A stretch of 64,000 bases of DNA from a virus (lineage: Duplodnaviria; Caudoviricetes): IMG/VR virus record IMGVR_UViG_3300047509_000221, positions 1,949-65,948 of that record. One strand, written 5' to 3'. A model generated the notes under the pieces. That model was not told the origin of the DNA and did not search any database. It saw nothing but the letters and a program-made list of their open reading frames with translations. Position numbers and translations under genes: made by a program. Below, piece after piece: positions 19,933 through 30,464 of the stretch; position 1 is the stretch's first letter, and each line of letters starts with the position of its first letter.

Positions 19933-22784
19933 TGGACAACATTGGCGTCAAGATCACTGCGGACGCCTCTGGCGTTGCTCCTGGTGTCAACACCACCAAG
20001 TCTGAGATCGGTGGCCTCGAGGCCGTGGTCTCTGGCCTGAACGCGACCTTCCAGGCGCTCGGCGCCAAGATACAGTCTGCGTTCACCGGGGGTGCCGCTG
20101 CCGCCAAGGGCATGTCCGAGGCCGTGGCCTCTGTGGGCGTGGCGGCCGAGGCCAAGATCATGGCCAGCATGGAGGCTGTGGCCGCCCTACGGGCCGCGAT
20201 GGCTGGCTTCGCAGAGGTCGCGATTGCTGCCTTTGCCGTGCACGAGGTCGTCAGCTTCATCAACAATATGGGCGAGGCCTCCCAGAAGATCGTCCACCTC
20301 TCTGAGCAGTTCGGCATGTCCGTGACGCAGGTGCAGCAGCTGCAGGGCGTGGCCACTGCGACTGGCATCTCGATCGACTCACTGACCCGTGGCATGGCCT
20401 TCATGGACCGCAACATGGCCAATGCTGCGGCCGGGTCCAAGCGCATGCAGCAGGCATTCAATGCCGTGGGCGTGTCGCTCAACGACGGACGTGACCAGTT
20501 CCAGAAGCTGGAGGCGGTGGCCGACAAGTTCAAGAACATGGACGACGGGCCCAAGAAGGTCGCCCTTGCCATGCAGCTGTTCGGGCGCTCGGGCAAGGAG
20601 CTCATCCCTGTCCTCAATCTGGGCTCCGCCGGTATTGAGCTGCTCAACCAGAAGCTGGATGAGTACGGTGTCAAGAACGCTGATGCCGTGGCCAAGGGCG
20701 AAGTCCTGGCCCAGAACCTCAACGAGTCGAAGCTGGGCTTCCTCGGCCTCGGCAACGTCATGACTGAGGCGCTGGCCCCGGCCTTCACGGAGCTGGTCGC
20801 GGGATTCAACGATCTCGTCAAGGCGTTCATTCAGTCGTACCAGCAGGGCGGACTCGTCTACGTCATCATGCAGACGATCGCGGCCGTCATCAAGGTCGTG
20901 GTCGACGTGGTGGAGCTCCTGGGCACAATCTTCAAGGCCGTCTGGGACGTGATTGTCGAGGTCATCACGGACATCGGGCACGACTTCGCCGACATCTTCG
21001 GCATGTCCGTGCCCAAGAACGTCAACGTGACCGACCAGGTGCTCAATGTGTTCAAGGACACCTGCATCATCGTCGGGGACGCTATCAAGATCTTCGTCGA
21101 GACGGTCAGTCTTGGCTTCCGGGTGCTGGCGCAAATCATCATAACATTCGGGAAGATCGCCTACGATGCCCTCACTCTGAACTGGGGCGCAATAGCGGGC
21201 GACTGGCAGACCGGAATGAATCGCGTCGTGAACATTGTCCACGAGGCGACCAAGAAGATCGTCGACGACGCCGGAGAGATGGCCAAGGCCATCCAGGCAG
21301 CCGCGCAGGGCAAGGCTCTCGGCGGGACGTCGGGCGGCGTGGACTTCGGCAAGGGCTCGGGGGACTTTGATTTTACTCCGTCCGCCAACAAGAAGACCAA
21401 GAAGCCCAAGCAGCAGAACGACCAGATGCAGCTCTGGCGGGACGACCTCGACACCCAGCTGCTGGACGAGAAGAACTGGGGCGTTGACGAGGCCCAGTTC
21501 ACCGAGCAGTTCTGGGCGCAGAAGCTGGCAACCCTGAAGGTCAACTCCAAGCTCTGGCTCCAGGTCCACAAGGAGATGCTCACGGCCAAGAAGGCCCTCT
21601 TCAAGGAGGACCAGGCCGAGGAGATTGCCGACATCAAGATGCACGAGCAGATCGCGCTCGACGATGTCAAGACCCAGACCTCCATCGCCAAGGAGGGCCT
21701 CAACCAGCAGCTCGAGCTGATCAACGAGAAGGAGAAGCTCGGCCAAATCAGCAGCACCAAGGCTGTTGCCCAGCGCAACGCAGTCAACAAGCAGCTACTG
21801 CAGCTCGACATGCAGGAGGCCGACGCCGAGTACAACATCAAGCTCCAGGCCCTGCAGCAGGAGCTCGCTCTCGAGAAGCTGAAGCCGACCGAGCGCGCAG
21901 CCATCAACCGACAGATCGAGGTCCTCGAGCGGCAGCACGAGAACCAGATGCTGCAGATGCAGGCGCAGTACAACGCTAAGGTCAAGGCCCAGAACGACGC
22001 GCTCGTCAATGCCTACGTCGAGAAGTGGAAGAGCGCTATCCAGCCGATCAGCTCGGCCATGGGCAACATGTTCAACCAGCTGATCACTCGGCAGGCAACC
22101 TTCCGGCAGGCCGCAATTCAGGCCATGGACAGCATCGTCTCCAGCTGGATCAGCAAGGGCGCGGAGTGGCTCGGGAACTACATCGCCACGCAGCTCGGGA
22201 TGCGAGCAGCCAACACCGCGACCAAGGCCGAGGATCAGGCTACCCAGACGACCACGGACGCCACCAAGCTGCTGAGCGCGCAGATGTCCAACGCCGGACA
22301 GATCGCCTCGGACGCGGCGGTCGCAGCGGCGGCGGCCTTCGCCTCCACAGCAGCCATCCCGGTCGTCGGACCCGCGCTCGCGCCAGAGGCTGCTGCGGGC
22401 GCATCGGCGGCGGTCATGGCCATGGTGCCGCTCGCCTTCGCCGAGGGTGGCTTCGACATTCCGTGGGGCAGCAACCCACTCACCCAGCTCCACCAGGAGG
22501 AGATGGTCCTGCCGGCGCACATCGCCAATCCACTGCGCGACCTGCTTGCCTCCCCGTTCATGCTGCGCGGCGGCACGGACCTCGGGGGCGCTGCCGGACG
22601 TCAGGCGGGGGCGACTGGACTGCAGACGCAGATTGACAACAGTCGGGGGGACGTTCGCCTGTACCACCAGCCTCACTACCCGACGCCGGGACCGGGTGTC
22701 GACATGGAGCACCTGCTCAGAACAGAGGGCGACCGCCTGATTCGCTATGTCAAGAAGGCCCACCGCGACGGAAAGTTCAACTGA
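19932..22784 (+). CDS. tape measure protein
   Basis: 950 aa, Ala-rich helical; LFGRSGKELIP; C-terminal AEGGFDIP...LHQEEMVLPA. Confidence 0.9.
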   Translation: MDNIGVKITADASGVAPGVNTTKSEIGGLEAVVSGLNATFQALGAKIQSAFTGGAAAAKGMSEAVASVGVAAEAKIMASMEAVAALRAAMAGFAEVAIAAFAVHEVVSFINNMGEASQKIVHLSEQFGMSVTQVQQLQGVATATGISIDSLTRGMAFMDRNMANAAAGSKRMQQAFNAVGVSLNDGRDQFQKLEAVADKFKNMDDGPKKVALAMQLFGRSGKELIPVLNLGSAGIELLNQKLDEYGVKNADAVAKGEVLAQNLNESKLGFLGLGNVMTEALAPAFTELVAGFNDLVKAFIQSYQQGGLVYVIMQTIAAVIKVVVDVVELLGTIFKAVWDVIVEVITDIGHDFADIFGMSVPKNVNVTDQVLNVFKDTCIIVGDAIKIFVETVSLGFRVLAQIIITFGKIAYDALTLNWGAIAGDWQTGMNRVVNIVHEATKKIVDDAGEMAKAIQAAAQGKALGGTSGGVDFGKGSGDFDFTPSANKKTKKPKQQNDQMQLWRDDLDTQLLDEKNWGVDEAQFTEQFWAQKLATLKVNSKLWLQVHKEMLTAKKALFKEDQAEEIADIKMHEQIALDDVKTQTSIAKEGLNQQLELINEKEKLGQISSTKAVAQRNAVNKQLLQLDMQEADAEYNIKLQALQQELALEKLKPTERAAINRQIEVLERQHENQMLQMQAQYNAKVKAQNDALVNAYVEKWKSAIQPISSAMGNMFNQLITRQATFRQAAIQAMDSIVSSWISKGAEWLGNYIATQLGMRAANTATKAEDQATQTTTDATKLLSAQMSNAGQIASDAAVAAAAAFASTAAIPVVGPALAPEAAAGASAAVMAMVPLAFAEGGFDIPWGSNPLTQLHQEEMVLPAHIANPLRDLLASPFMLRGGTDLGGAAGRQAGATGLQTQIDNSRGDVRLYHQPHYPTPGPGVDMEHLLRTEGDRLIRYVKKAHRDGKFN

Positions 22785-23857
22785 TGCTGCGCTACCTCAA
22801 CGGCTTCGACTACTGGCCGAATGGAGGAGCCACAGCCAACGCGATAGCTGACGGCTGGTTCGGCAACACCACCACGCTGAGTGGGTCCTCTCCCGGGCGC
22901 TTTGGCAAGGGGCTGTGCGGCCAGATCTCGGTTGGCGGAGTCACCTCTGTCAACGTCTACCAGGCACTGGGACAGAGGTTCACCACCGAGACCTGCGTCA
23001 TCGGTCAGGCTCTGTTCATTCCTACTGCCTCCCTGCTGCCGGGTGGCTCCTACTTCTTCTATGCCTACGACGCCGAGGGCAATGTCGGGGACCAGATAGC
23101 GATTGAGTTCACCGAGGACGGTGTCATTCGCGCCTATCGCGGCGGCACCCTGATCGCGACGACGGGCAACAATGTATTTCACCTCAACGAGTGGTTCTGG
23201 TTCGAGCTCAAGCTCAAGGTCCACAACACCTCGGGCATTATCGAGGTGCGCATCAACACAGTGACCGTCATCTCGTTCACGGGGGACACGCACTCGGGAA
23301 CTCCGGTCCTCAGCCTGCCCTACGGGTGGGACACCATTCACTATCTTGTCCCGCCCAGCGGCAGCACCACCATTCTGTACATGGACGACATCTACATTCT
23401 CGACAATACTGGGTCGCACAATACTGACTACCTCGGCAACACCAGGGTTAATACACAGCTGACCATCTCTGCCGGCGACTTGACGCAGTTCAGCCTTGTC
23501 GGTGCGGCGGCCAACTGGGATGCGGTCAATGACACCGCCCTCAACGACAGTGAGTACGTGTACTCTGGCACCGTGGGCCAGGAAGACCTCTACACGATGA
23601 ACCCGAACGTGGCGGCCCAGAACATCTTCGGTGTCCAGGTGCGGGGTGCCTACAGGCAGGATGACTCGACCCAGATTGTTGCGCACAATATCCTCAAGAC
23701 CGGTGGCACCATCTACGAGGGCGGTGACCAGTACCTCTCGGGCAGCTATCGCTACTATCGCGACATCTGGGAACTCAACCCACACAGTGGTGTGGGCTGG
23801 GTGTCGGCAGACCTCAACGCAATTCAGGCAGGTACGAAGGTGCAATCGATAGGATGA
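22784..23857 (+). CDS. tail protein with lectin/ConA-like beta domain (paralogue A)
   Basis: Beta-rich; shares motifs with 28967-30001. Confidence 0.65.
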   Translation: MLRYLNGFDYWPNGGATANAIADGWFGNTTTLSGSSPGRFGKGLCGQISVGGVTSVNVYQALGQRFTTETCVIGQALFIPTASLLPGGSYFFYAYDAEGNVGDQIAIEFTEDGVIRAYRGGTLIATTGNNVFHLNEWFWFELKLKVHNTSGIIEVRINTVTVISFTGDTHSGTPVLSLPYGWDTIHYLVPPSGSTTILYMDDIYILDNTGSHNTDYLGNTRVNTQLTISAGDLTQFSLVGAAANWDAVNDTALNDSEYVYSGTVGQEDLYTMNPNVAAQNIFGVQVRGAYRQDDSTQIVAHNILKTGGTIYEGGDQYLSGSYRYYRDIWELNPHSGVGWVSADLNAIQAGTKVQSIG

Positions 23858-23858
23858 C

Positions 23859-24944
23859 ATGGCCAATATCCACTCCCAGTTTCTCGCCGACGAGTCCCTC
23901 ATCGACGGCCAGCCGCTGCTGCGATCGATGCTCGTTGCGAGCGAGGTGTCGTACGGTGGCAACCCTGATCTTCGGTCGATGCTCGTCGTCATTGAGTCGG
24001 CCTATGACGGCAATCCTCGGCTGCGCTCGGAGTTTCTGGACGTCGAGACAGCCTACGGCGCGAGCCCAAATCTCCGCTCCCGGCTCATCATCATCGAGGC
24101 ACTCCAAGAGATACTGGAGCCATTCATGAGCAACGTGTTCTTTCCGGCAATGCAGGGCCTGGCCTTCGACGTCAGCAAGAAGCCGGTCTTCAGCACCAAG
24201 ATCGCCGAGCACACCAGCGGAGGCGAGACGGCGACGTCCTACTTCCAGTATCCGAAGTGGGAGTTCAAGCTCACCTACGACTATCTCCCTGATCTGCCGA
24301 AGTCAGTTGGTGACACGGACCTGCACAATCTCATGGGCTTCTTCCTGGCGCGACAGGGCCGCTGGGACACGTTCCTGTTCCAGGACCCCGATGGCTACTC
24401 GGTGACGGACGGCTTCCAGGCAACCATGGACGGGGTCACGGCGCAGATAAAGCTGGTGCGTGGCATCGGGGGCTACTACGAGACCATCGGGCAGCTCGAC
24501 CAGAGCATCGTCACTCTGGCCGTGTACCTCGCCGTGGACGAGACCTTCAACGTGCCGGCGACTGGTCCGTACACGCACACGGTGACCCACGCGGCGGCCT
24601 ACCACCTGACCGACAGCGTCACCATCGGCGGCGTCGCGGCGACGGTCGGCACCGGACCCGGACAGTACACCGTTGCGGCGGGCGTGTACACCTTCAACTC
24701 GGCCGACCACGGCAAGGCCGTGGATGTCCGCTATCGCTACCTGCTGACCCTGACGACCGACTACACGATCACGATGCCGAACGTCATCATCTTCACCTCC
24801 GCCCCGGCCTCGGGAGTCGGGGTCTATGCGACATTCAACTACTGCTACGTCTGCCGCTTCCTGGAGGACTTTTCGGAGTACACCAAGTTCATGGACAAGT
24901 TGTGGAACCTCAGTGAGCTGGGCTTCCGGAGTATCCCACAGTGA
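23859..24944 (+). CDS. DUF2460-like distal tail protein with N-terminal repeats
   Basis: FFLARQGRWDTFLFQDP (GTA-type distal tail motif). Confidence 0.8.
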   Translation: MANIHSQFLADESLIDGQPLLRSMLVASEVSYGGNPDLRSMLVVIESAYDGNPRLRSEFLDVETAYGASPNLRSRLIIIEALQEILEPFMSNVFFPAMQGLAFDVSKKPVFSTKIAEHTSGGETATSYFQYPKWEFKLTYDYLPDLPKSVGDTDLHNLMGFFLARQGRWDTFLFQDPDGYSVTDGFQATMDGVTAQIKLVRGIGGYYETIGQLDQSIVTLAVYLAVDETFNVPATGPYTHTVTHAAAYHLTDSVTIGGVAATVGTGPGQYTVAAGVYTFNSADHGKAVDVRYRYLLTLTTDYTITMPNVIIFTSAPASGVGVYATFNYCYVCRFLEDFSEYTKFMDKLWNLSELGFRSIPQ

Positions 24945-25843
24945 GAGTCGTCCAGCCAGAGACCGGCTACGTTGCCGGCGATGTCACAGCGCTGCTCGCG
25001 ACCCGGCAGTTCATCTTCGCCGAGTGCTACACACTCGTTGCGCCCAACGGAGACACGCTCTACCTCAGCTCGGCCAAGGAGGACGTCATCGTCACGCCCA
25101 TTGGCGGCGGGGTAAAGGTCGCCTTCACGTCGAAGGGCGGCAAGATCGACGGCATTCGCATGAAGCAGGGCGTCGGGGTCGACGTGGACGAGCAGACCGC
25201 CCAGCTCGACTTCGAGCCCTCGCTGATGTTCCAGGGGCTGCCCATCAGCAAGGCACTCCTGTGGGGTCGCTTCGACAGTGGCAAGCTGTTCCGCGACAGG
25301 TACTTCGCCGCAGCCTGGGGCGGTGGCAATGCGCCCACTCTCTGGATGGGTGGCACACGCCTGTTCTCCGGCCGCATTGGCGAGCTCTCCGAGATCGGGC
25401 GCTCCTACTGCAAGTCCAAGGTGCGCTCCAACCTCATGTATCTGGACCGGGACATGCCGATGATTCTGGCGCAGCCCGGATGCAAGAACGCGATATTCGA
25501 CGTCGGGTGTGGTCTGGACCGCAGTCTGTTCGCCACGACCGGTCTGATCGGCGCAGGCTCCACCACTGAGGTCATCAACTTCAGCGGCGCGATCGCCGAG
25601 CATCTGCTCGGGACCGTGTACATCGTCTCGGGCGCGGGCGTGACCCTGGTCCGGACAATCCGCGCCGTCGTGCCCGGCGTCTCCATCAGCCTCAGCCATC
25701 CGCTGGAGGATGCCCCACTGATCGGCGGCACCCTGACGGCCTACGAGGGATGCGACCGCAGCCTGACCCGGTGCAATGTGCTCGGCAACGCGGCAAACTT
25801 CCGTGGCTATCCCTTTGTCCCGACAGAGGAGACGGCATTCTGA
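24941..25843 (+). CDS. DUF2163/BR0599 tail hub protein
   Basis: C...FD..CGL...GCDRSLTRC...NFRGYPFVP. Confidence 0.85.
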   Translation: MRVVQPETGYVAGDVTALLATRQFIFAECYTLVAPNGDTLYLSSAKEDVIVTPIGGGVKVAFTSKGGKIDGIRMKQGVGVDVDEQTAQLDFEPSLMFQGLPISKALLWGRFDSGKLFRDRYFAAAWGGGNAPTLWMGGTRLFSGRIGELSEIGRSYCKSKVRSNLMYLDRDMPMILAQPGCKNAIFDVGCGLDRSLFATTGLIGAGSTTEVINFSGAIAEHLLGTVYIVSGAGVTLVRTIRAVVPGVSISLSHPLEDAPLIGGTLTAYEGCDRSLTRCNVLGNAANFRGYPFVPTEETAF

Positions 25844-26319
25844 CGACGAGGCAGCAGGTCATCGACGCCGCTCGCTCGTGGGAGCGGACGCCCTACCACC
25901 ACCGCGCCCGCGTCAAGGGGCTCGAGGGATCGGTGGACTGCGGACAATTCATCATCAAGGCATTCGCCGAGGCCGGGGCCATCGAGGACTTCGACCCCGG
26001 CTACTACAGCATGGACTGGCACCAGCACCAGACTGAGGAGCGCTACCTCGCCATCGTCGAGCGCTTCCTGACCCGCTGGGACAACGGAGAGATGCCCCTG
26101 CGCCAGCGCCTTCGCGCAGACCCCAGCTGGTGTCCGCCCCCCGCCTCAGTCATCATGCTGCGCATCGGGAACACCTTCAGCCACGGGATGATCGTGACTG
26201 AGTGGCCCCGAATCATCCACGCCAACGTGCTCGATGGCTGTGTCGCGGAGACGGAGGCGCGACAGCTGGTCGTGACCGAGAACCCAATCCGGGTCTATGA
26301 CTGGGAGGGCTTCGAGTGA
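25840..26319 (+). CDS. NlpC/P60 tail-associated peptidase
   Basis: ARSWERTPYHH...VDCG...SHG...IIHA; start uncertain (possibly CTG after GAGGAG). Confidence 0.8.
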   Translation: MTTRQQVIDAARSWERTPYHHRARVKGLEGSVDCGQFIIKAFAEAGAIEDFDPGYYSMDWHQHQTEERYLAIVERFLTRWDNGEMPLRQRLRADPSWCPPPASVIMLRIGNTFSHGMIVTEWPRIIHANVLDGCVAETEARQLVVTENPIRVYDWEGFE

Positions 26320-28970
26320 GTCTTCTCTTCGGCAGCGGAAAGCGGACCAAGCCGCAGTACACCTCTCTGCAGGTGCAGACGAGCTCGAGTAACATGCCAA
26401 TCACGCTGGCCTGGGGCCTGTGCCGCCTGTCGCCGAACTTGATCTGGTACGGGGACTTCGCCTCGCAACAGCAGAGTGCGCAGGGCGGCAAGGGCGGGGG
26501 AGGCGGCAAGGGGAGTGGTCAGTACGACTACACCGCCGCTGTTATCATGGCCCTGTGCCAGGGCGTGGCTCCGGCCATCCAGCGCATCTGGGTGGACAGC
26601 GACAAGACGTCGACGCTCACCAAGCTCAACCTGACCCTCTTCACCGGGACACACGGACAGGCTCCGTGGGACTACCTGGTCACCAATCACCCGACCGAGG
26701 CGCTGGCCTATCCGGACCTCGCCTATCTGGCGTCAACCAAGTACGATCTGGGCTCGAGCGCGGCCCTGCCGCAGCACAGCTTCGAGACTGAGTGCCGCCT
26801 GTACAATACCGCGCCGGGCGGACTCGGGGACGCCGACGTGGCGCTCGTTATCCAGGACTACATGACCGTTCCCATCTGGGGAGCGGGCTTCCCCTCGGCC
26901 GAATTGGACACCGTGTCTCTGCTGTCCTCGGGAAGTGCCGGCACGACCGGCGATGCGGCGACCGAGACATACTGCACGGCGATGGGCTTCGGGATGAGTC
27001 CGAACCTGTCCAGCCAGGAGAACGGCCTCAGCATCCTGAAGCGCTGGTGCGACATCTTCAACATTGCGCCAGTGTGGAATGGCGAGATGATGAAGTTCAT
27101 TCCGTACTCCCTGGAGGGGGTCAGCGGGAATGGTGTCATCTTCGTCCCGAACACGACCTCCGCCTTCTCCCTGACCGATGCGGACTACGTCGGCAATCCC
27201 CAGAGCCCCGACGACCCGGTGCTGGTCAAGCGACAGGACTGGACACAGGTCAAGAACCGCCTGCAGATGGAGATCTCCGACAGGCAGGACAAGGAGTACA
27301 ACGCGGTCCCGATCGAGTATGTCGAGCAGGGGCTCGTCGATCTCTACGGCGACCTCCAGGACAGTGTGTTCACGGCCCACGAGGTCTGCGAGAAGTCGGT
27401 CGCGACCAAGTGCGTCCAGATCATGGTGCAGCGCAATGCCTATCGCGGCGCCAACACGTACACCTTCAAGCTCGGCCCGGCGCACTGCCTACTTGAGCCG
27501 ATGGACCTCCTCGATGTCATGGACCCGCAGCTGGGTCTCGTGCAGGTGCAGATCGACAACTTGGACGAGGACTCAGACTTCAACGTCACGTACACCTGCA
27601 GCCAGATCTCGGTCGCAGCCTCCAACGCAGGTGGCTTCAGCAATCCGGACCAGACGCCGGGCGGAAACGACACCGGTGTTGATCCCGGCAGCGTCAACAC
27701 CCCGATCATCTTCGAGCCGCCGTCGTCACTGGCGGGGCCGACCGCGCAGGTCTGGGCCGCCATCTCCGGTGCGAGCCCGAACTGGGGTGGCTGCAACGTC
27801 TTGATCTCGACAGACGGCACGTCCTATGTCGAGATCGGGACACAGAACTCCAAGGCTCGCATGGGCCTCACGACCACAGCACTGGCGGCCTACGGGGGCA
27901 CCAACCCCGACACGACGCACAGCGTCGGCGTGGACCTGACCCAGAGCTCGGGAACACTGGTCGGCGTAACGGCGGCCGACGCCGCGACCTACGCCTCACT
28001 CTCCTACCTCGGCGGAGAATTCATCTCGTACGAGGACGCCCTCTTCACGAGCACGTACCACTACACGCTCCAGACGCAGCTGTACAGAGGTCTCTACGGC
28101 TCCTCCCCCGCATCACACCTCTCCGGGGTGCCGTTTGCCAGACTGGACGACAACATCTTCAAGTACAATCTGCCGTCACAGTACATCGGCAAGACGCTCT
28201 ACTTCAAGTTCCAGTCGTTCAACATATTCGGGCAGGCCTTCCAGGACCTGTCGACGTGCACAGCCTACACCCTCACCGTGGCCGGCACCGGCTTTGGGAC
28301 GGGCTCTGGTGGTCTTCCAGCGACTCCCACGGGCCTTGCAGGGTCGGCGGGCGCGGGCTTTGCCAAGCTGACGTGGAACGCCAACTCCGCCAACGACAAC
28401 GTCAAGAATTACGAGGTCTGGCGCGCGGCCGGACCGTCGGGCTCGTTCGGCTCCGCCACGCGCATTGGCACTCCGGCCGGGACGACCTTCACGGACACTT
28501 CGGGGGCGTATGGTGTAGTCTACACCTACTTCGTCGTTGCCGTCAACGCAGTTGGCTCGAGCGGGGCCACCTCGGGGGTCGACCTGACCGCCACACAGCC
28601 GAGCACGACGCAGCCTTTCGGCTTCGCCTTTGGGCCGAAGGTGCCGACCGCCAGTAAGATCGTCGGGGCCTTCGACTCTCCGATCGCCTGGACGATGCCG
28701 GCGAGCCTCACGAATTCCGAGGGTCGCATCATCGACAGTGACTCGGTTACGGCAGTGGCTCCCACGTCGCAGACTGACTTCGACATTCAGTCCCCGGTCG
28801 GGACCTCAATCGCCACAATGCGCTTTGCCGCCAGCTCCCTGACGGCGACCTTCATCAACACGGTCGGTGACAGCGTCGCCATTGGCTCGACTGTGTACAT
28901 CGTGGCCCCGTCAAACCTGAATGGTCTGGCCGGGGCAATCATTGGCTCCATCCTGGGGACACGGCCGTGA
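26316..28970 (+). CDS. tail tip / host specificity protein with FN3 domain
   Basis: GTA-like tail protein features (LLEPMD, RGLYGS, YFKFQSFN), followed by an FN3-like segment. Confidence 0.8.
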   Translation: MSLLFGSGKRTKPQYTSLQVQTSSSNMPITLAWGLCRLSPNLIWYGDFASQQQSAQGGKGGGGGKGSGQYDYTAAVIMALCQGVAPAIQRIWVDSDKTSTLTKLNLTLFTGTHGQAPWDYLVTNHPTEALAYPDLAYLASTKYDLGSSAALPQHSFETECRLYNTAPGGLGDADVALVIQDYMTVPIWGAGFPSAELDTVSLLSSGSAGTTGDAATETYCTAMGFGMSPNLSSQENGLSILKRWCDIFNIAPVWNGEMMKFIPYSLEGVSGNGVIFVPNTTSAFSLTDADYVGNPQSPDDPVLVKRQDWTQVKNRLQMEISDRQDKEYNAVPIEYVEQGLVDLYGDLQDSVFTAHEVCEKSVATKCVQIMVQRNAYRGANTYTFKLGPAHCLLEPMDLLDVMDPQLGLVQVQIDNLDEDSDFNVTYTCSQISVAASNAGGFSNPDQTPGGNDTGVDPGSVNTPIIFEPPSSLAGPTAQVWAAISGASPNWGGCNVLISTDGTSYVEIGTQNSKARMGLTTTALAAYGGTNPDTTHSVGVDLTQSSGTLVGVTAADAATYASLSYLGGEFISYEDALFTSTYHYTLQTQLYRGLYGSSPASHLSGVPFARLDDNIFKYNLPSQYIGKTLYFKFQSFNIFGQAFQDLSTCTAYTLTVAGTGFGTGSGGLPATPTGLAGSAGAGFAKLTWNANSANDNVKNYEVWRAAGPSGSFGSATRIGTPAGTTFTDTSGAYGVVYTYFVVAVNAVGSSGATSGVDLTATQPSTTQPFGFAFGPKVPTASKIVGAFDSPIAWTMPASLTNSEGRIIDSDSVTAVAPTSQTDFDIQSPVGTSIATMRFAASSLTATFINTVGDSVAIGSTVYIVAPSNLNGLAGAIIGSILGTRP

Positions 28971-30001
28971 ACGTACTGCTGACCGAGGGCTTCGACATGT
29001 ACAATGGGACCGGTGCCAACACCGGTCTCCAGTCCAGATGGACAGTTGCGAGCGCAGGTGGATCAATGTCCATGACCACGGGGCGCTTTGGCGGCCAGTG
29101 TCTCGCACTGGCAGACAGCACTGGCAGCACCGAGGCGGTGCGGAAGCAGCTCACCTCGTCAATGGTCAATTTCTCTTGGGGGTTTGCCTACAAGCAGGAC
29201 TCTCTCTCAGCTATCGGCAACCAGCCATTTGCGTACGTGTTGGACAGCGCAAACGGCGTGCAGCTCTCTCTTTACATTGCCTCCACTGGCGTGGTCACAC
29301 TCTACAGGGGCAACGGTGCCACGGCCATTATTACATCGGCTGTTGGTGTAATCGCTCTCTCCACGTGGGCCTACATTGAGTTGTTTGGTAAGATCGACGG
29401 GACCACGGGCACTGCTGAATTGTGGATAAATGGTGTCCAAATCGGCACCTTCAGCGGTAACACGCTGGCCACGGCCAACGTCAATATGCAGGGCATCGAA
29501 TTCGCTGCGCCGGATGCCTCAGGCAGCGGCAACAATGCCTACTTTGATGATGTATTCCTGACCGACACGGCGGCTCGCGTCGGGGAGCGCCGCATCGAGA
29601 CCCTGCGTCCGGCTGCCGACAACACGGCGATCTGGGTCCCGAACAGCGGTGTCACCAATTTCAGCAGAGTCAACGAGACGACCGTGGACGGCGACACCAG
29701 CTACGTCTCCTCGTCGAACGTGGGCGACAAGGATCTCTACACGCTGAGTGCACTGAGCAGCACCCCGGCGTCGATCGATGCCGTGAATGTTGTGTCGTTT
29801 GCCGAGAAGACGGACGCCACCACGCGCACACTCTTCAACTCAGTGCAGAGCGCCGGCACCAACAGTGACGGCTCTGCCTTCGCCCTGGCAGCCAGCTACG
29901 GGCGCTTTGACAGGCTAATCCAGACTGACCCGAATGGAGGCGGTGCCTGGACGGCCAGTCGAGTCAACGGTCTATTCATTGGTCCGAAGGTGGCTTCGTA
30001 G
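28967..30001 (+). CDS. tail protein with lectin/ConA-like domain (paralogue B)
   Basis: EGFD...GRFGG...YFDDVFL...DLYTL...DPNGGGAWT, matching 22784-23857. Confidence 0.65.
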   Translation: MNVLLTEGFDMYNGTGANTGLQSRWTVASAGGSMSMTTGRFGGQCLALADSTGSTEAVRKQLTSSMVNFSWGFAYKQDSLSAIGNQPFAYVLDSANGVQLSLYIASTGVVTLYRGNGATAIITSAVGVIALSTWAYIELFGKIDGTTGTAELWINGVQIGTFSGNTLATANVNMQGIEFAAPDASGSGNNAYFDDVFLTDTAARVGERRIETLRPAADNTAIWVPNSGVTNFSRVNETTVDGDTSYVSSSNVGDKDLYTLSALSSTPASIDAVNVVSFAEKTDATTRTLFNSVQSAGTNSDGSAFALAASYGRFDRLIQTDPNGGGAWTASRVNGLFIGPKVAS

Positions 30002-30463
30002 ATGCCGACACTCGGAAACTTCACACTGTTCGACGCGGCGCTCGCCAAGATCATGAACGCGGCTGGGCCGATCAATCTGACAAGCGGCACGATCAAGGCC
30101 GTGTTGACGACGAACTCACAGGCGCTCTCCCACAGTTTCGTGGGCGCGAGCGGGAACGCACGCTACGCCGACCTCACCGCCGAACTCGCAACTGCGAGTG
30201 GCTACACTAACGGGGGCGTTGCACTCAGTGGTCTATCAATAGCTGGCGCCAGCAATCTCTGGTACTGGACCGCCGCCCCATGGAGCTGGACACTGAGCGG
30301 CTCCATTGTCTTCAAGTACTGTGTCTTGTTCGACTTTGCCGCCACGAACAAGGACCTGCTTGCCTTCGTGGACATGGACACTGGCGGAACAAACATAACG
30401 GCAGTTGCCGGGGCTCTCCAGTACACGCCGGGCGCCAGCGGCATCTTTGATTGGATACAGTAG
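30002..30463 (+). CDS. virion structural protein
   Basis: IKAVL...ELATASGYTNGG pattern common in tail modules. Confidence 0.65.
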   Translation: MPTLGNFTLFDAALAKIMNAAGPINLTSGTIKAVLTTNSQALSHSFVGASGNARYADLTAELATASGYTNGGVALSGLSIAGASNLWYWTAAPWSWTLSGSIVFKYCVLFDFAATNKDLLAFVDMDTGGTNITAVAGALQYTPGASGIFDWIQ

Positions 30464-30464
30464 G

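Noticed and set aside
23859-28970. Gene transfer agent cluster
   Set aside because: The tail-tip genes are GTA-like, but the window also encodes its own replication, modification and lysis genes, so it is a phage.
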